Shown piece after piece: positions 26,523 to 35,075 of a stretch of 64,000 bases of DNA. The position numbers were made by a program, and so were the translations under genes. This DNA is from Spirochaetales bacterium (GTDB taxonomy: Bacteria > Spirochaetota > Spirochaetia > JABEVK01). Location of the stretch: positions 128,001 to 192,000 of the forward strand of contig JBAXAI010000002.1 of the NCBI GenBank assembly GCA_037142615.1, written 5' to 3'. The stretch's first letter is position 1. Each line of letters starts with the position of its first letter. The notes beneath the pieces were generated by a model. The model was not told where the DNA came from. It did no database searches and was given only the letters and a program-made list of their open reading frames with translations.

Positions 26523-29429
26523 ATGAAAGGTAGGTTTCTCGTTCTCCTGCTGGTATTCACGGGGGCGTGCGCAGTTGAGTCTGTTGGTTGGGAAACCCTT
26601 GGGGTGCATCAGGGGCTGGCCAGTTCGTCGGTCACCGCCGTGACCCAGGACGACGACGGCTTTCTATGGTTTGCCACCCAGAACGGTCTCAACCGGTGGG
26701 ACGGCTACCACATGAACGTGTGGCAGAACGATCCTTTTGTCGAAAACACGCTGGCCAACAACCTGGTCCAGACGATGACCGCTGACGGTGGCGTCTTGTG
26801 GCTGGGCACCTACGGCGGGCTGGACCGTTTTGACCGGCAGACCGGCGCGTTCCGCCACTTCCGGCATTCCGACGCGGATCCGACCAGCTTGCCCGACGAC
26901 GTGGTTCTCTCGATCCTGCGGGATTCCCGGCAAAGGCTCTGGGTGGCCACCCTTGGTGGCTTGGCCTTGCTCGACGAAAAGGAGGGTACCTTCCGGCGCT
27001 TTCCCAGCGTCTCCTCGGTCCCGACAACCCTTTCGGCGGCCACAGTTCGGTCGCTGGCTGAGGACCGCCGTGGACGCCTGTGGGTAGGAACAGCCGGTGG
27101 ACTGGATCGCCTTTCCGACGACGGGAAGTCGGTCGAGCGGTTTGGCCAGCTTTTCCCGGGCCATTCGATACCCCTGGGAGCCGTGATGGGCCTGCTGGCC
27201 GATACCGACAGCGATACGCTGTGGCTGGGTGTGTGGGGCCAGGGCTTGGTTCGCCTGGATCTCCAGACCGGTGAGTCGTCGCTGGTTTCCCTTTCTGATA
27301 ACCGGGTTTTTCACCTCAGCCGTGGCCTGGGCGATGAGATTCTCGTTGCCACTTGGGGCGGAGGGCTGGTGTCGTTTGAGCCCGCCACGGCGGCGCAAAC
27401 CGTGTTCCGCCACCAGGCCAGCGAGCCCGAAAGTCTGGCTCATGACGTCGTCTATGGGGCTTTTTTCGATCGGGGTGGCCTGCTTTGGGTGCCCACCAAC
27501 GGGGGCGGGGTCAGCTTCCGCAACCCACAGCGGCCCATTCTCCCCACCTTCGCCACCGATTCCAAGGTGACCGTGCTTTTTCAGGATTCTGCGAAGCGCC
27601 TCTGGGTTGGCCTTTACAACCGGGGAGTCGTGCCGTTCGACCCCCAGAAGGGTCTGGGTACCCCCGTGAGCACCGACATTGTGAATGCTGTCGCCGAAGA
27701 CCGCCAAGGGCTGCAATGGTGGGCTACCAACAACGGGTTGGTCCGCTTTGACCCCCGCAGCCGGTCGCTCAAGCGCTACTCCACGGCCGACGGTCTGCCC
27801 GAAGAGATCCTCACCAGCCTCCGCCTCGACGCGGACGGCAGCTTCTGGATCGGCACCTTCCGCAATGGTCTGCTCCACCGGCCTGCCTTTGGCGCCGACG
27901 GGCCAGTCGAGACTCTGGTCCCCGGCAGTCTGGTCAACTACAGTCTGGTCGACCGCAGCGGTCACCTTTGGGTCGGCACCAACGACGGTGTGGTGAGGGT
28001 CAAGGCCGGCGTCGCCCGGAGTTGGGTCCATGACTCGACCAACCGAGCTTCGTTGGCCGGAAACTCCGTTCGCGTGCAGCTGCAAGACTCCTCGGGACGC
28101 CTCTGGTTTGGCACCAACGGTGGCCTGTCACTTTTCGACGACAAAACCGAGACCTTCACGACCTTCGGCCGGGCCGAAGGCCTGGAAAACCTGACCATTG
28201 TGGGAATCCAGCAGGACAACGCGGGTGACCTTTGGGTATCAACGGTCGATGGGCTCTACCGTCTGCGCTTGGCGGACCGGCAGTTTTCCCGGTTCGACGC
28301 CTCCGAAGGTCCTCTCGGCTCCGAGTTCTACCGAGGTGCCGAAAGTCTGCCCGGCGGAACCCTGGCCTTTGGAGGAGTAGGCTTCCTCACCGTCTTTTCA
28401 CCCGCGCTCCTGGGTCCACCACTTCCGTCCACGCCCGTCACCGTCACCGGAATCACCATCGTCAACCACGAACGTCCGGTCACCGAAACGGTGAACCTCG
28501 CTTGGAACGAAAACGATCTGTCCTTCTCCTTCTCGCTGATGGAGTTTTCCAGGCCCAACCACCATCGCTATCAGTACCGGCTCGAGGGCCATGACAAGAC
28601 TTGGATCGACGCCGGCAACCGCCACGAGGCGATCTACTCCGACTTGCCCGCCGGGAAGTATCTGTTTCGGGTCAAGGCCAATAGTGGAGGCACCGACTGG
28701 ATCGAGACGGCAAAACCCGTCCGACTCCGGGTCGAAGTGGCTCCCTGGAATACTTGGTACGCTTGGCTGGGCTATGTCGCAATTCTGCTGTCGGCGCTGG
28801 TTTTGTCGGGCAAAATCTACTCCGACCGGCGCTGGAAGCACAAAGCGTTCGAGCTGGAAAATCTCAAGAGCCAACTGCTTGACGTGAACCGTCAGCTCGA
28901 CCAGTTGTCGCGCCTCGACGGGCTGACCAACATTCCCAACCGGAGGGCCCTCGACGCCTGGCTCGACAACGAGTGGGCTCTCGCCCAGCGGCAAAAGCAG
29001 ACGGTGGCGCTGATCATGCTCGATATCGACTACTTCAAACGCTACAACGACAACAAGGGTCATCTCGCCGGCGATGCCTGCTTGCGAAGCGTCGCGAAGA
29101 TTCTGGCCGACAGCCTCCACCGCACCACCGACTTCTGTGCCCGCTATGGGGGCGAGGAGTTTGTCGTGATTCTGCACGACACCGAACTCGATGGGGGAGT
29201 GATCGTTGCCCAGCGCCTGCTCGACGCGGTCGATGAACTTCGGGTGCCGCACGAAACTTCGGTGGAGTCCTGGGTTACCGTCAGTTTAGGGGTGGCGGCG
29301 ATGCGGCCTTCCTCGGATTCGCTTCCTCAGGACCTGCTCCAAGCCGCCGACAAGGCCCTGTACGAGGCCAAAGCCCAGGGCCGCCACCGAGTTTGCTTGG
29401 CTTGGAGCCCACCGTCTCCTAGCTCTTGA
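26523..29429 (+). CDS. Diguanylate cyclase with periplasmic Reg_prop beta-propeller and Y_Y_Y sensor
   Basis: Repeated D..G.LW.GT propeller motifs, YSDLPAGKY, one TM, DGLTNIPNRR, RYGGEEF. Confidence 0.93.
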   Translation: MKGRFLVLLLVFTGACAVESVGWETLGVHQGLASSSVTAVTQDDDGFLWFATQNGLNRWDGYHMNVWQNDPFVENTLANNLVQTMTADGGVLWLGTYGGLDRFDRQTGAFRHFRHSDADPTSLPDDVVLSILRDSRQRLWVATLGGLALLDEKEGTFRRFPSVSSVPTTLSAATVRSLAEDRRGRLWVGTAGGLDRLSDDGKSVERFGQLFPGHSIPLGAVMGLLADTDSDTLWLGVWGQGLVRLDLQTGESSLVSLSDNRVFHLSRGLGDEILVATWGGGLVSFEPATAAQTVFRHQASEPESLAHDVVYGAFFDRGGLLWVPTNGGGVSFRNPQRPILPTFATDSKVTVLFQDSAKRLWVGLYNRGVVPFDPQKGLGTPVSTDIVNAVAEDRQGLQWWATNNGLVRFDPRSRSLKRYSTADGLPEEILTSLRLDADGSFWIGTFRNGLLHRPAFGADGPVETLVPGSLVNYSLVDRSGHLWVGTNDGVVRVKAGVARSWVHDSTNRASLAGNSVRVQLQDSSGRLWFGTNGGLSLFDDKTETFTTFGRAEGLENLTIVGIQQDNAGDLWVSTVDGLYRLRLADRQFSRFDASEGPLGSEFYRGAESLPGGTLAFGGVGFLTVFSPALLGPPLPSTPVTVTGITIVNHERPVTETVNLAWNENDLSFSFSLMEFSRPNHHRYQYRLEGHDKTWIDAGNRHEAIYSDLPAGKYLFRVKANSGGTDWIETAKPVRLRVEVAPWNTWYAWLGYVAILLSALVLSGKIYSDRRWKHKAFELENLKSQLLDVNRQLDQLSRLDGLTNIPNRRALDAWLDNEWALAQRQKQTVALIMLDIDYFKRYNDNKGHLAGDACLRSVAKILADSLHRTTDFCARYGGEEFVVILHDTELDGGVIVAQRLLDAVDELRVPHETSVESWVTVSLGVAAMRPSSDSLPQDLLQAADKALYEAKAQGRHRVCLAWSPPSPSS

Positions 29430-30765
29430 TTCCGGGAACCGGGCCGAGGTTCAGCGAGAAGATCCGGCTCTTGCGGGCGTGGTTGTAGGTGGCACGCTTC
29501 TTTTCGGGCAGCGATTCCAGGGGCGCCTCGACGAAGCCTAACTGCTCGAACCAGTCCACGGTGCGCGTGGTGAGCACGAACACCCGTGCCCAACCTGCGC
29601 GTCGGGCCTTGTCGACCAGGAACGACAGAATCTTGCGCCCCATGCTCAGGTGAGCGTAGTTGGGGTTGGTCGCGATGGCCGCCACCTCGCCCTGGTTGCC
29701 CTCGTAGGCGTGCAGGGCCCCGCAAGCGTGCACGACCCCGTCGATCTCGTACACCACGTAGTCGGCCTGTTGGCCCAAAAGCTCTTCTTCGCTGCGGCGG
29801 ATGAGAATTCCTTCCTCCATAAGAGGTTGCATCAGCCGTAGCACATCGCTGATGTCGGTGGCACGCATCGGGCGGATCGACTCGTAGTCGTTGCCGTACA
29901 CCATGGTTCCGATGCCCAGGTTGCTGAAAATCTCGCGCAAAATGGCCCCTTCGAGGCGGCCGTCGACCACATGGGCGCGTTCGGTGCCCTGGCGGCAAGC
30001 CCGCAGCGCCAGCTCGAGGTACTTCAAGTCGGGGTCGCTGCTCCCGGCGTTCAGGTCGAGCACCGTTTGCGCTTCTTCCAAACTCAGGCGCGCCACCCGG
30101 CCGTCGCTGTTCTTCACCAGACCGTCGGGCAGTTTGAACCGCGTGTCCATAAAACCATCGCTATCGTTGACGAAAAACAGCTTCTCGGCCTGCAGCGCCT
30201 CGGCCACCGCCAACGCGATCTCGTCGCTCGACAGGTTGTACGGCTTGCCGGCCGCGTTCCAGCCAATGCACGGAAAAATCGGAATCATGCCCTGGTCGAG
30301 CACCTTTTGCAGCGGCTCGGTGAGGATTTTCTCGACACGGCCCGTGTGTTCGAAGTCGTGACCATCGACCACGCCTAAACCCCTGGCACGGATGAAGTTA
30401 CCGATCACCGCGTTGGCCTGGAAGGCCGTCAGCAGCGTCATCAGCCGGTTGGCCACGTCGAAGGCCGCCATGCGGATGAAGGGGATGGCCTCGGCCGTCG
30501 CGACCCTCTTGCCCTCGTGATAGTCGGTGACGATGTCGTATTCCTTGAGCACCGAGTCAATCCACTGCTTGGCGCCGGGCACCAAGATGATCTCGATGCC
30601 CGTGGCGCGCAGCATCGCGAGGTCTTTCATGAACTGTGGAAAGTGCGGCTCCTGCAAAATCGGCTCGTCGATCTTGAGCACGATGGTTTTGCCGTCGAAC
30701 CGGCTCTGGTAGTAAAAAACCTCACGGATCAGGTCGACTTGCTCGCGGTGCTTGATTTCATCCAT
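29419..30765 (-). CDS. argA: Amino-acid N-acetyltransferase (N-acetylglutamate synthase)
   Basis: AAK-like domain plus GNAT (LTTRTVDWFEQLGF, YNHARKSRI). Confidence 0.92.
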   Translation of the reverse strand: MDEIKHREQVDLIREVFYYQSRFDGKTIVLKIDEPILQEPHFPQFMKDLAMLRATGIEIILVPGAKQWIDSVLKEYDIVTDYHEGKRVATAEAIPFIRMAAFDVANRLMTLLTAFQANAVIGNFIRARGLGVVDGHDFEHTGRVEKILTEPLQKVLDQGMIPIFPCIGWNAAGKPYNLSSDEIALAVAEALQAEKLFFVNDSDGFMDTRFKLPDGLVKNSDGRVARLSLEEAQTVLDLNAGSSDPDLKYLELALRACRQGTERAHVVDGRLEGAILREIFSNLGIGTMVYGNDYESIRPMRATDISDVLRLMQPLMEEGILIRRSEEELLGQQADYVVYEIDGVVHACGALHAYEGNQGEVAAIATNPNYAHLSMGRKILSFLVDKARRAGWARVFVLTTRTVDWFEQLGFVEAPLESLPEKKRATYNHARKSRIFSLNLGPVPGIKS

Positions 30766-30780
30766 GCCGCATTGTAGCGC

Positions 30781-30865
30781 GACCGACCAGCTTGGCAAAG
30801 GTGCCAAGCTGTTCGGTCGGCCTCCTCCGGGGTTCCGGGGACAGTTTTGGCTTGGCCAAAACTGT
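30781..30865. repeat. Palindromic (REP-like) intergenic hairpins
   Basis: GACCGA-C-CAGCTTGGCA-AAGG-TGCCAAGCTG-T-TCGGTC (30781-30818) and ACAGTTTTGGC-TTG-GCCAAAACTGT (30841-30865). Confidence 0.75.
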
Positions 30866-30989
30866 GGGCGTAAGGCGGCCCTCAGGCCGACGTCGCCATC
30901 GCCTCGCGCAACTTCAATGCCAGATCAACAAATGACACCCTATTCGAAACGTTGTATAATCCTCAGCAATTCGCGATTGGGGGAGTTCT

Positions 30990-33770
30990 ATGGGCAGAGT
31001 TCGAGCGAGCGGTGTGTTCTTGGCGGCCCTTTGGGGAATCGTTCTTGCGGGAGTGGGGTCAGACCTCGCCGCGCAGACGGCTCCAACCATTGAAAGCATC
31101 CGTGGGGTGGCCCTTGTGGTGGGCAATGCCAACTACGCCAATGTGCCGGTGCTGACCAACCCCGTGAACGACGCCACCGACATGGCGACAGCCCTCAAAG
31201 ACCTCGGCTGGGACGTCATCCTGGTCAAAGACGCCAAACTGACAGGCATGAAGCAGGCCGTCCGCGACTTCAGCGCCAAGCTGGCTGGCAAAAAGGCTGG
31301 GCTCTTCTACTACGCCGGACACGGAATTCAAGTCGATGGAACGAATTACCTGGTCCCTACCGACGCCGACATTGGCACCAAGGCTGAAATTCCCGACGTC
31401 ACGTACTCGGCCGACACGGTGCTGCGCACCATGGACGACAGCCGTGTCCCCGTCAAAATCGTCATCCTCGATGCTTGTCGGGACAATCCGTTTGCGAAAT
31501 CCCGCTCCGCCACGGGCGGCACCCGAGGTCTGGCACCAATTCCCAGTACCGGCGGAACCGTCGTGGTCTACGCTACAAGCCCGGGGGACGTGAGCCAGGA
31601 CGGCACCGGCCGCAACGGTGTGTTCACCTCGGCGCTGCTCAAAAACCTCAAAACCCCCGGCGTCGAGTTCGGCGAGATTTTCGACCTGACGGCGCAGGCG
31701 GTCAGCTTGGCCACCGGCGGCGCGCAAAAGCCTCGCCTCGACAAGGGCTACTACGGCAAACTCTACCTGATATCGCCCGACGAGGCGCAAAAACAGGCCG
31801 AGACCCGGTTGGCAGCACTCAAGGCCGAGCAAGACAAGCTCACCGCCGACATGGCCGCCCGCGACACCGCCATCGCCGGGGCCAAAACCCAGGCCGAAAA
31901 AGACAAACTGCAGCTGGCCCAGCAAAAGGCACAGGCCCTCGCGGCGGCCCAGAAGCAGGAACAGGCCGACCTGGAACGCGCCGAAGCCTTGGCCGAGAAT
32001 CGAGCCGCCGAAGAGGCCAAAAACAAGGCCGCCGCCACCGCCCGAGCCAACGACGCCGAAAAGCAGTTGGTGTCGTTGCGCCAGCAAGCCGAAGCCCAAA
32101 AGCAGAAAGCCAGCGCCGCCAGCGCCACCGACGACCCGGCGGCGGTGATCGCCCGTGTGGCCGACCTCGATGCCAGCTTGAACGACATTGGGGCGCAGTT
32201 CGCCGCCAGCCTCGACCGCCGGGTGGCCGAAGCCACCAAAGCTGCCGATGCTCGTGCAACCCTCATCGACACCTACGAAGAGGAGTTCTGGGAAAACGAC
32301 CGCGAGTTTACCGACCGCAAGAACCAAGCCAAGGCGCTGGCCGCGCGCGACCGCGACAACGAGATCGCGGGTCTCAAGGCCAGCTTTGCGCAAGCGGCAA
32401 CTGTGCAAACCGGCCCCCTGCAAAAACAGCGCGATGCCCTTGCCAGCAGCCTGACCACTCGCGACTGGCCCATCGCGGCCGCCAATTTGAGCGTGACCCG
32501 CAGTGACTTCGACAAAGACAACAAGAGCTGGGACTTCACGATCACCTGCACCCAACCGGCCTTCACCCAAAAACTGACCTACAAACTGGTGTACAGCACC
32601 TCCGACGAATTGAAGACCCTGGCCGTGGCCGCCGACAATGCGTGGAAGGCCGGAGCCTTCGCGGCGCAGGCCGTTTACTCGGTACGGCCGTCACCAGGCC
32701 TCGCAGGCTACTTTCTGGCCAGCGTCAGCCGCCTCGACCTGGTCGATGTCACGAAGACTGGCAAAGACAAAAAACCGCTGGTGGTTGTCTCGGCCGCGGC
32801 AGGGGTACCGCTGAGCTGGGTGGGAAAGGCTCCTGAGCCGGCGAGAGTGTTCATCACGGTGCCCAGAACCGCGTCCATTTGGCTTTCTGGCAACAAACTG
32901 GCAGACCTCAGTCCGGGAATTGTCTCAGAATGGTCAATCAGTACGTTTGGGCGAGCTTCGCTGGAAGCCCGCTACACCAACGGCGACACCGAAACCTTGG
33001 GCGTCGTGCTGTCTCCCGGTGCGATCTTGCCAGCGAACTTCGTTCAGCGCGAAAAGCCGCTTCTCACTTGGGTCCGCATCCAAGGCGGCACCTTCCAGAT
33101 GGGCAGCACCAGCGGTGAAAACGACGAAATCCCCGTGCATTCGGTGACAGTGGGCAGTTTCAGCATGAGTGCTACCGAAGTCACCCAGGCCCAGTACCAA
33201 AAGGTGATGTTCACGAACCCCAGCCAGTTCAAGGGCGACAACCGACCCGTAGAGAAAGTGAGTTGGTTTGACGCGGTGGCCTTCTGCAACAAGCTCAGTG
33301 AACGTGAAAACCGGGCCCCGGCCTACATCATCAACGGGACGACCGTGACGCTCAACTCCGGCGCCAACGGCTACCGCTTGCCCACCGAGGCCGAGTGGGA
33401 GTTTGCCGCCCGGGGCGGCGTGCAGAGCGCGGGGTACACTTTGGCCGGGAGCGACAATCTTGACGTCGTCGCGTGGTACAGCGCCAACTCGGGTAGCCAG
33501 AGTTGGCCGGTGGGCACCAAAAAAGCCAACGAGTTGGGTTTGTTCGACATGAGCGGCAACGTGTGGGAATGGGTTTGGGATTGGTACGGGAGCTATACCG
33601 TAGGCAGCAAAAAGGATCCGACGGGCGCCTACTCGGGCTCGTCCCGGGTGATTCGGGGCGGTGGTTGGGGCTTCGACGCATGGAACGAGCGTTCGGCGTT
33701 TCGCAGCTACTACAGTCCCGACGGCAGATACGGCTACCTGGGCTTTCGTGTCCTTTCCCCCAGTTTCTGA
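30990..33770 (+). CDS. Exported caspase-family (C14) peptidase / coiled coil / FGE-sulfatase (CLec) domain protein; putative DGR target
   Basis: Signal peptide; FYYAGHG and ILDACR dyad; C-terminal FQMGS, RLPTEAEWEFAARGG, DMSGNVWEW, RGGGW...LGFRV. Confidence 0.9.
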   Translation: MGRVRASGVFLAALWGIVLAGVGSDLAAQTAPTIESIRGVALVVGNANYANVPVLTNPVNDATDMATALKDLGWDVILVKDAKLTGMKQAVRDFSAKLAGKKAGLFYYAGHGIQVDGTNYLVPTDADIGTKAEIPDVTYSADTVLRTMDDSRVPVKIVILDACRDNPFAKSRSATGGTRGLAPIPSTGGTVVVYATSPGDVSQDGTGRNGVFTSALLKNLKTPGVEFGEIFDLTAQAVSLATGGAQKPRLDKGYYGKLYLISPDEAQKQAETRLAALKAEQDKLTADMAARDTAIAGAKTQAEKDKLQLAQQKAQALAAAQKQEQADLERAEALAENRAAEEAKNKAAATARANDAEKQLVSLRQQAEAQKQKASAASATDDPAAVIARVADLDASLNDIGAQFAASLDRRVAEATKAADARATLIDTYEEEFWENDREFTDRKNQAKALAARDRDNEIAGLKASFAQAATVQTGPLQKQRDALASSLTTRDWPIAAANLSVTRSDFDKDNKSWDFTITCTQPAFTQKLTYKLVYSTSDELKTLAVAADNAWKAGAFAAQAVYSVRPSPGLAGYFLASVSRLDLVDVTKTGKDKKPLVVVSAAAGVPLSWVGKAPEPARVFITVPRTASIWLSGNKLADLSPGIVSEWSISTFGRASLEARYTNGDTETLGVVLSPGAILPANFVQREKPLLTWVRIQGGTFQMGSTSGENDEIPVHSVTVGSFSMSATEVTQAQYQKVMFTNPSQFKGDNRPVEKVSWFDAVAFCNKLSERENRAPAYIINGTTVTLNSGANGYRLPTEAEWEFAARGGVQSAGYTLAGSDNLDVVAWYSANSGSQSWPVGTKKANELGLFDMSGNVWEWVWDWYGSYTVGSKKDPTGAYSGSSRVIRGGGWGFDAWNERSAFRSYYSPDGRYGYLGFRVLSPSF
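33641..33770 (+). other. Putative DGR variable region (VR)
   Basis: Positions that are Asn in typical FGE-type template repeats are all NNC/NNT codons here; GC-rich hairpin starts 12 nt after the stop. Confidence 0.6.
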
Positions 33771-33782
33771 AAATGGCAGCTA

Positions 33783-33990
33783 GAGGGTGGGGCGGTCGGC
33801 CGGTGCCCCCCCCTCGAGAGGGCTTGGCGACGCACCTGCGGTGCTTACGCCTGGAGAATTGCGGGGCAATTCTCCACGGGCAGAAAAAGCAGTACCCCGC
33901 AGCAAGCCCGGCCACGCCGCGGCGCGGCTTGGGCCCGGCCACGCCGCAGCGCGGCTTAGGCCTCAGTTTCCGGGCAAAGCCCGAAAACTG
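33783..33990. repeat. Cluster of hairpins and a 27-bp tandem repeat
   Basis: Stems at 33783-33815, 33852-33876 (perfect 11 bp) and 33964-33990; direct repeat 33906-33932/33933-33959 with 2 mismatches. Confidence 0.8.
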
Positions 33991-34010
33991 TCCCACTCCT
34001 TGGAAATCTT

Positions 34011-34074
34011 CCCAAATCGCAAGCAAGACCACTCCAACCGCTGTCTTGTCAGTTGCACAGTTGGGGGGTATTAT
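34011..34074 (+). promoter_or_regulatory. Sigma70 promoter, copy 1 of a duplicated upstream block
   Basis: TTGTCA-17 bp-TATTAT; 39-bp block 34011-34049 resembles 34506-34544. Confidence 0.6.
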
Positions 34075-34089
34075 TTGCGTGAGGATGAT

Positions 34090-34281
34090 ATGACACTGAA
34101 ATACGTGCATTGGCAGGAAAAGGAGCTCTTTTTGGGCTACTTGGAGGACTATCCGGATTATCCGACGCAAGGCACTTCGGAAGAAGAGCTCCGAGAAAAT
34201 CTTCTTGATATTTACTCCGATATTGCCGGTGGGCTTGTCGAAAACGTTCGCCGAGTCGATACACTGGTGGTTCCCGTCTGA
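34090..34281 (+). CDS. HicB-like antitoxin (short form)
   Basis: YVHWQE...FLGYLEDYPDYPTQGTSEEELRENL. Confidence 0.8.
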   Translation: MTLKYVHWQEKELFLGYLEDYPDYPTQGTSEEELRENLLDIYSDIAGGLVENVRRVDTLVVPV

Positions 34282-34456
34282 AAAGGGCCGAGTTAATCAA
34301 GCGAATGCTCCGGAAGGTGCGGTTTTCGTTCGGCATGGGGGCAAACACGACTGGTATCGCAATCCCTTGACGGGAATCCAACAAGCGGTTCCACGTCACC
34401 GTGAGATAAGTGAGTTCCTTTCACGTTCCATTCTTCGGGCTCTCAGTCGACCTTGA
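34278..34456 (+). pseudogene. HicA-like toxin, frameshifted
   Basis: (CTG)KRAELIKRML continues in another frame as EGAVFVRHGGKHDWYRNP...VPRHREI; shift near 34311. Confidence 0.7.
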
Positions 34457-34505
34457 GCTTTGGTGCTTACGTCCTGGCCCTCGCACTCGCCCCAAAAATA
34501 GTTCA

Positions 34506-34569
34506 CCCAAACCGCAAGCAAACCACCTTCTATCGCTGTCTTGTAAGGCAAGGGTTGCGGAGGTATCCT
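34506..34569 (+). promoter_or_regulatory. Sigma70 promoter, copy 2 of the duplicated upstream block
   Basis: TTGTAA-17 bp-TATCCT; same 39-bp block (31/39 identical ungapped). Confidence 0.55.
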
Positions 34570-34573
34570 TGCC

Positions 34574-34759
34574 ATGGGAAACAAGTCGCTCAAGAAACGG
34601 ATTTCCAGTCTCGTATTGAGGATTGCTGAACACGAAGATAAAATCCGGCTTGAAATGCTCAAGGAAGAGCCCGACTGGGGAAGTATCAATCACTGGGGTT
34701 CTGAAATCCGGGCCTTCACCGGAAATCGGACCATCGCACTCAGGAGGTTACGAAAATGA
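34574..34759 (+). CDS. Small basic hypothetical protein (putative TA component)
   Basis: 61 aa, GGAGG RBS, coupled to the next gene by ATGA. Confidence 0.7.
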   Translation: MGNKSLKKRISSLVLRIAEHEDKIRLEMLKEEPDWGSINHWGSEIRAFTGNRTIALRRLRK

Positions 34760-34968
34760 TTCTAGAAGCGGGAACCCTCGAGGTTCTTCTCGATGAGCTG
34801 GCCGAGGCCTGCGTCAAGACGGCGAACACGGTCGAGGCCCTCAAAAAGCCCGGGCTCACCGAAGACGAAATCGACGATCAACGCGCCGATTTATACGTCC
34901 TGCTGGTTCTGCTCGAGGTCAAAGCCCGGATGCTCAAGGAAGACCTGGACGACCTCGAAGGGATCTGA
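34756..34968 (+). CDS. Small acidic helical hypothetical protein (putative TA component)
   Basis: 70 aa, ATGA overlap, host-like codon usage. Confidence 0.7.
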   Translation: MILEAGTLEVLLDELAEACVKTANTVEALKKPGLTEDEIDDQRADLYVLLVLLEVKARMLKEDLDDLEGI

Positions 34969-35075
34969 CTCAGCCCTGACCCCGCCCAAGAAAATTGCGA
35001 GAGAAGGAAGATTTTCTGTAGAGGATTCTTCCCCAAACTCCGTGCTTTCGTTCACAATAGTTGCAGGAGCACGGA

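Noticed and set aside
33906-33959. 27-bp repeat as a possible CRISPR array
   Set aside because: Only two directly adjacent copies, no spacers and no cas genes
34011-34968. Classical integron cassette array
   Set aside because: No convincing RYYYAAC...GTTRRRY attC pairs and no integrase; kept only as a duplicated promoter block
33771-35060. DGR template repeat or reverse transcriptase next to the putative VR
   Set aside because: No AAC-rich copy of the VR and no RT motif found by eye here or elsewhere in the window
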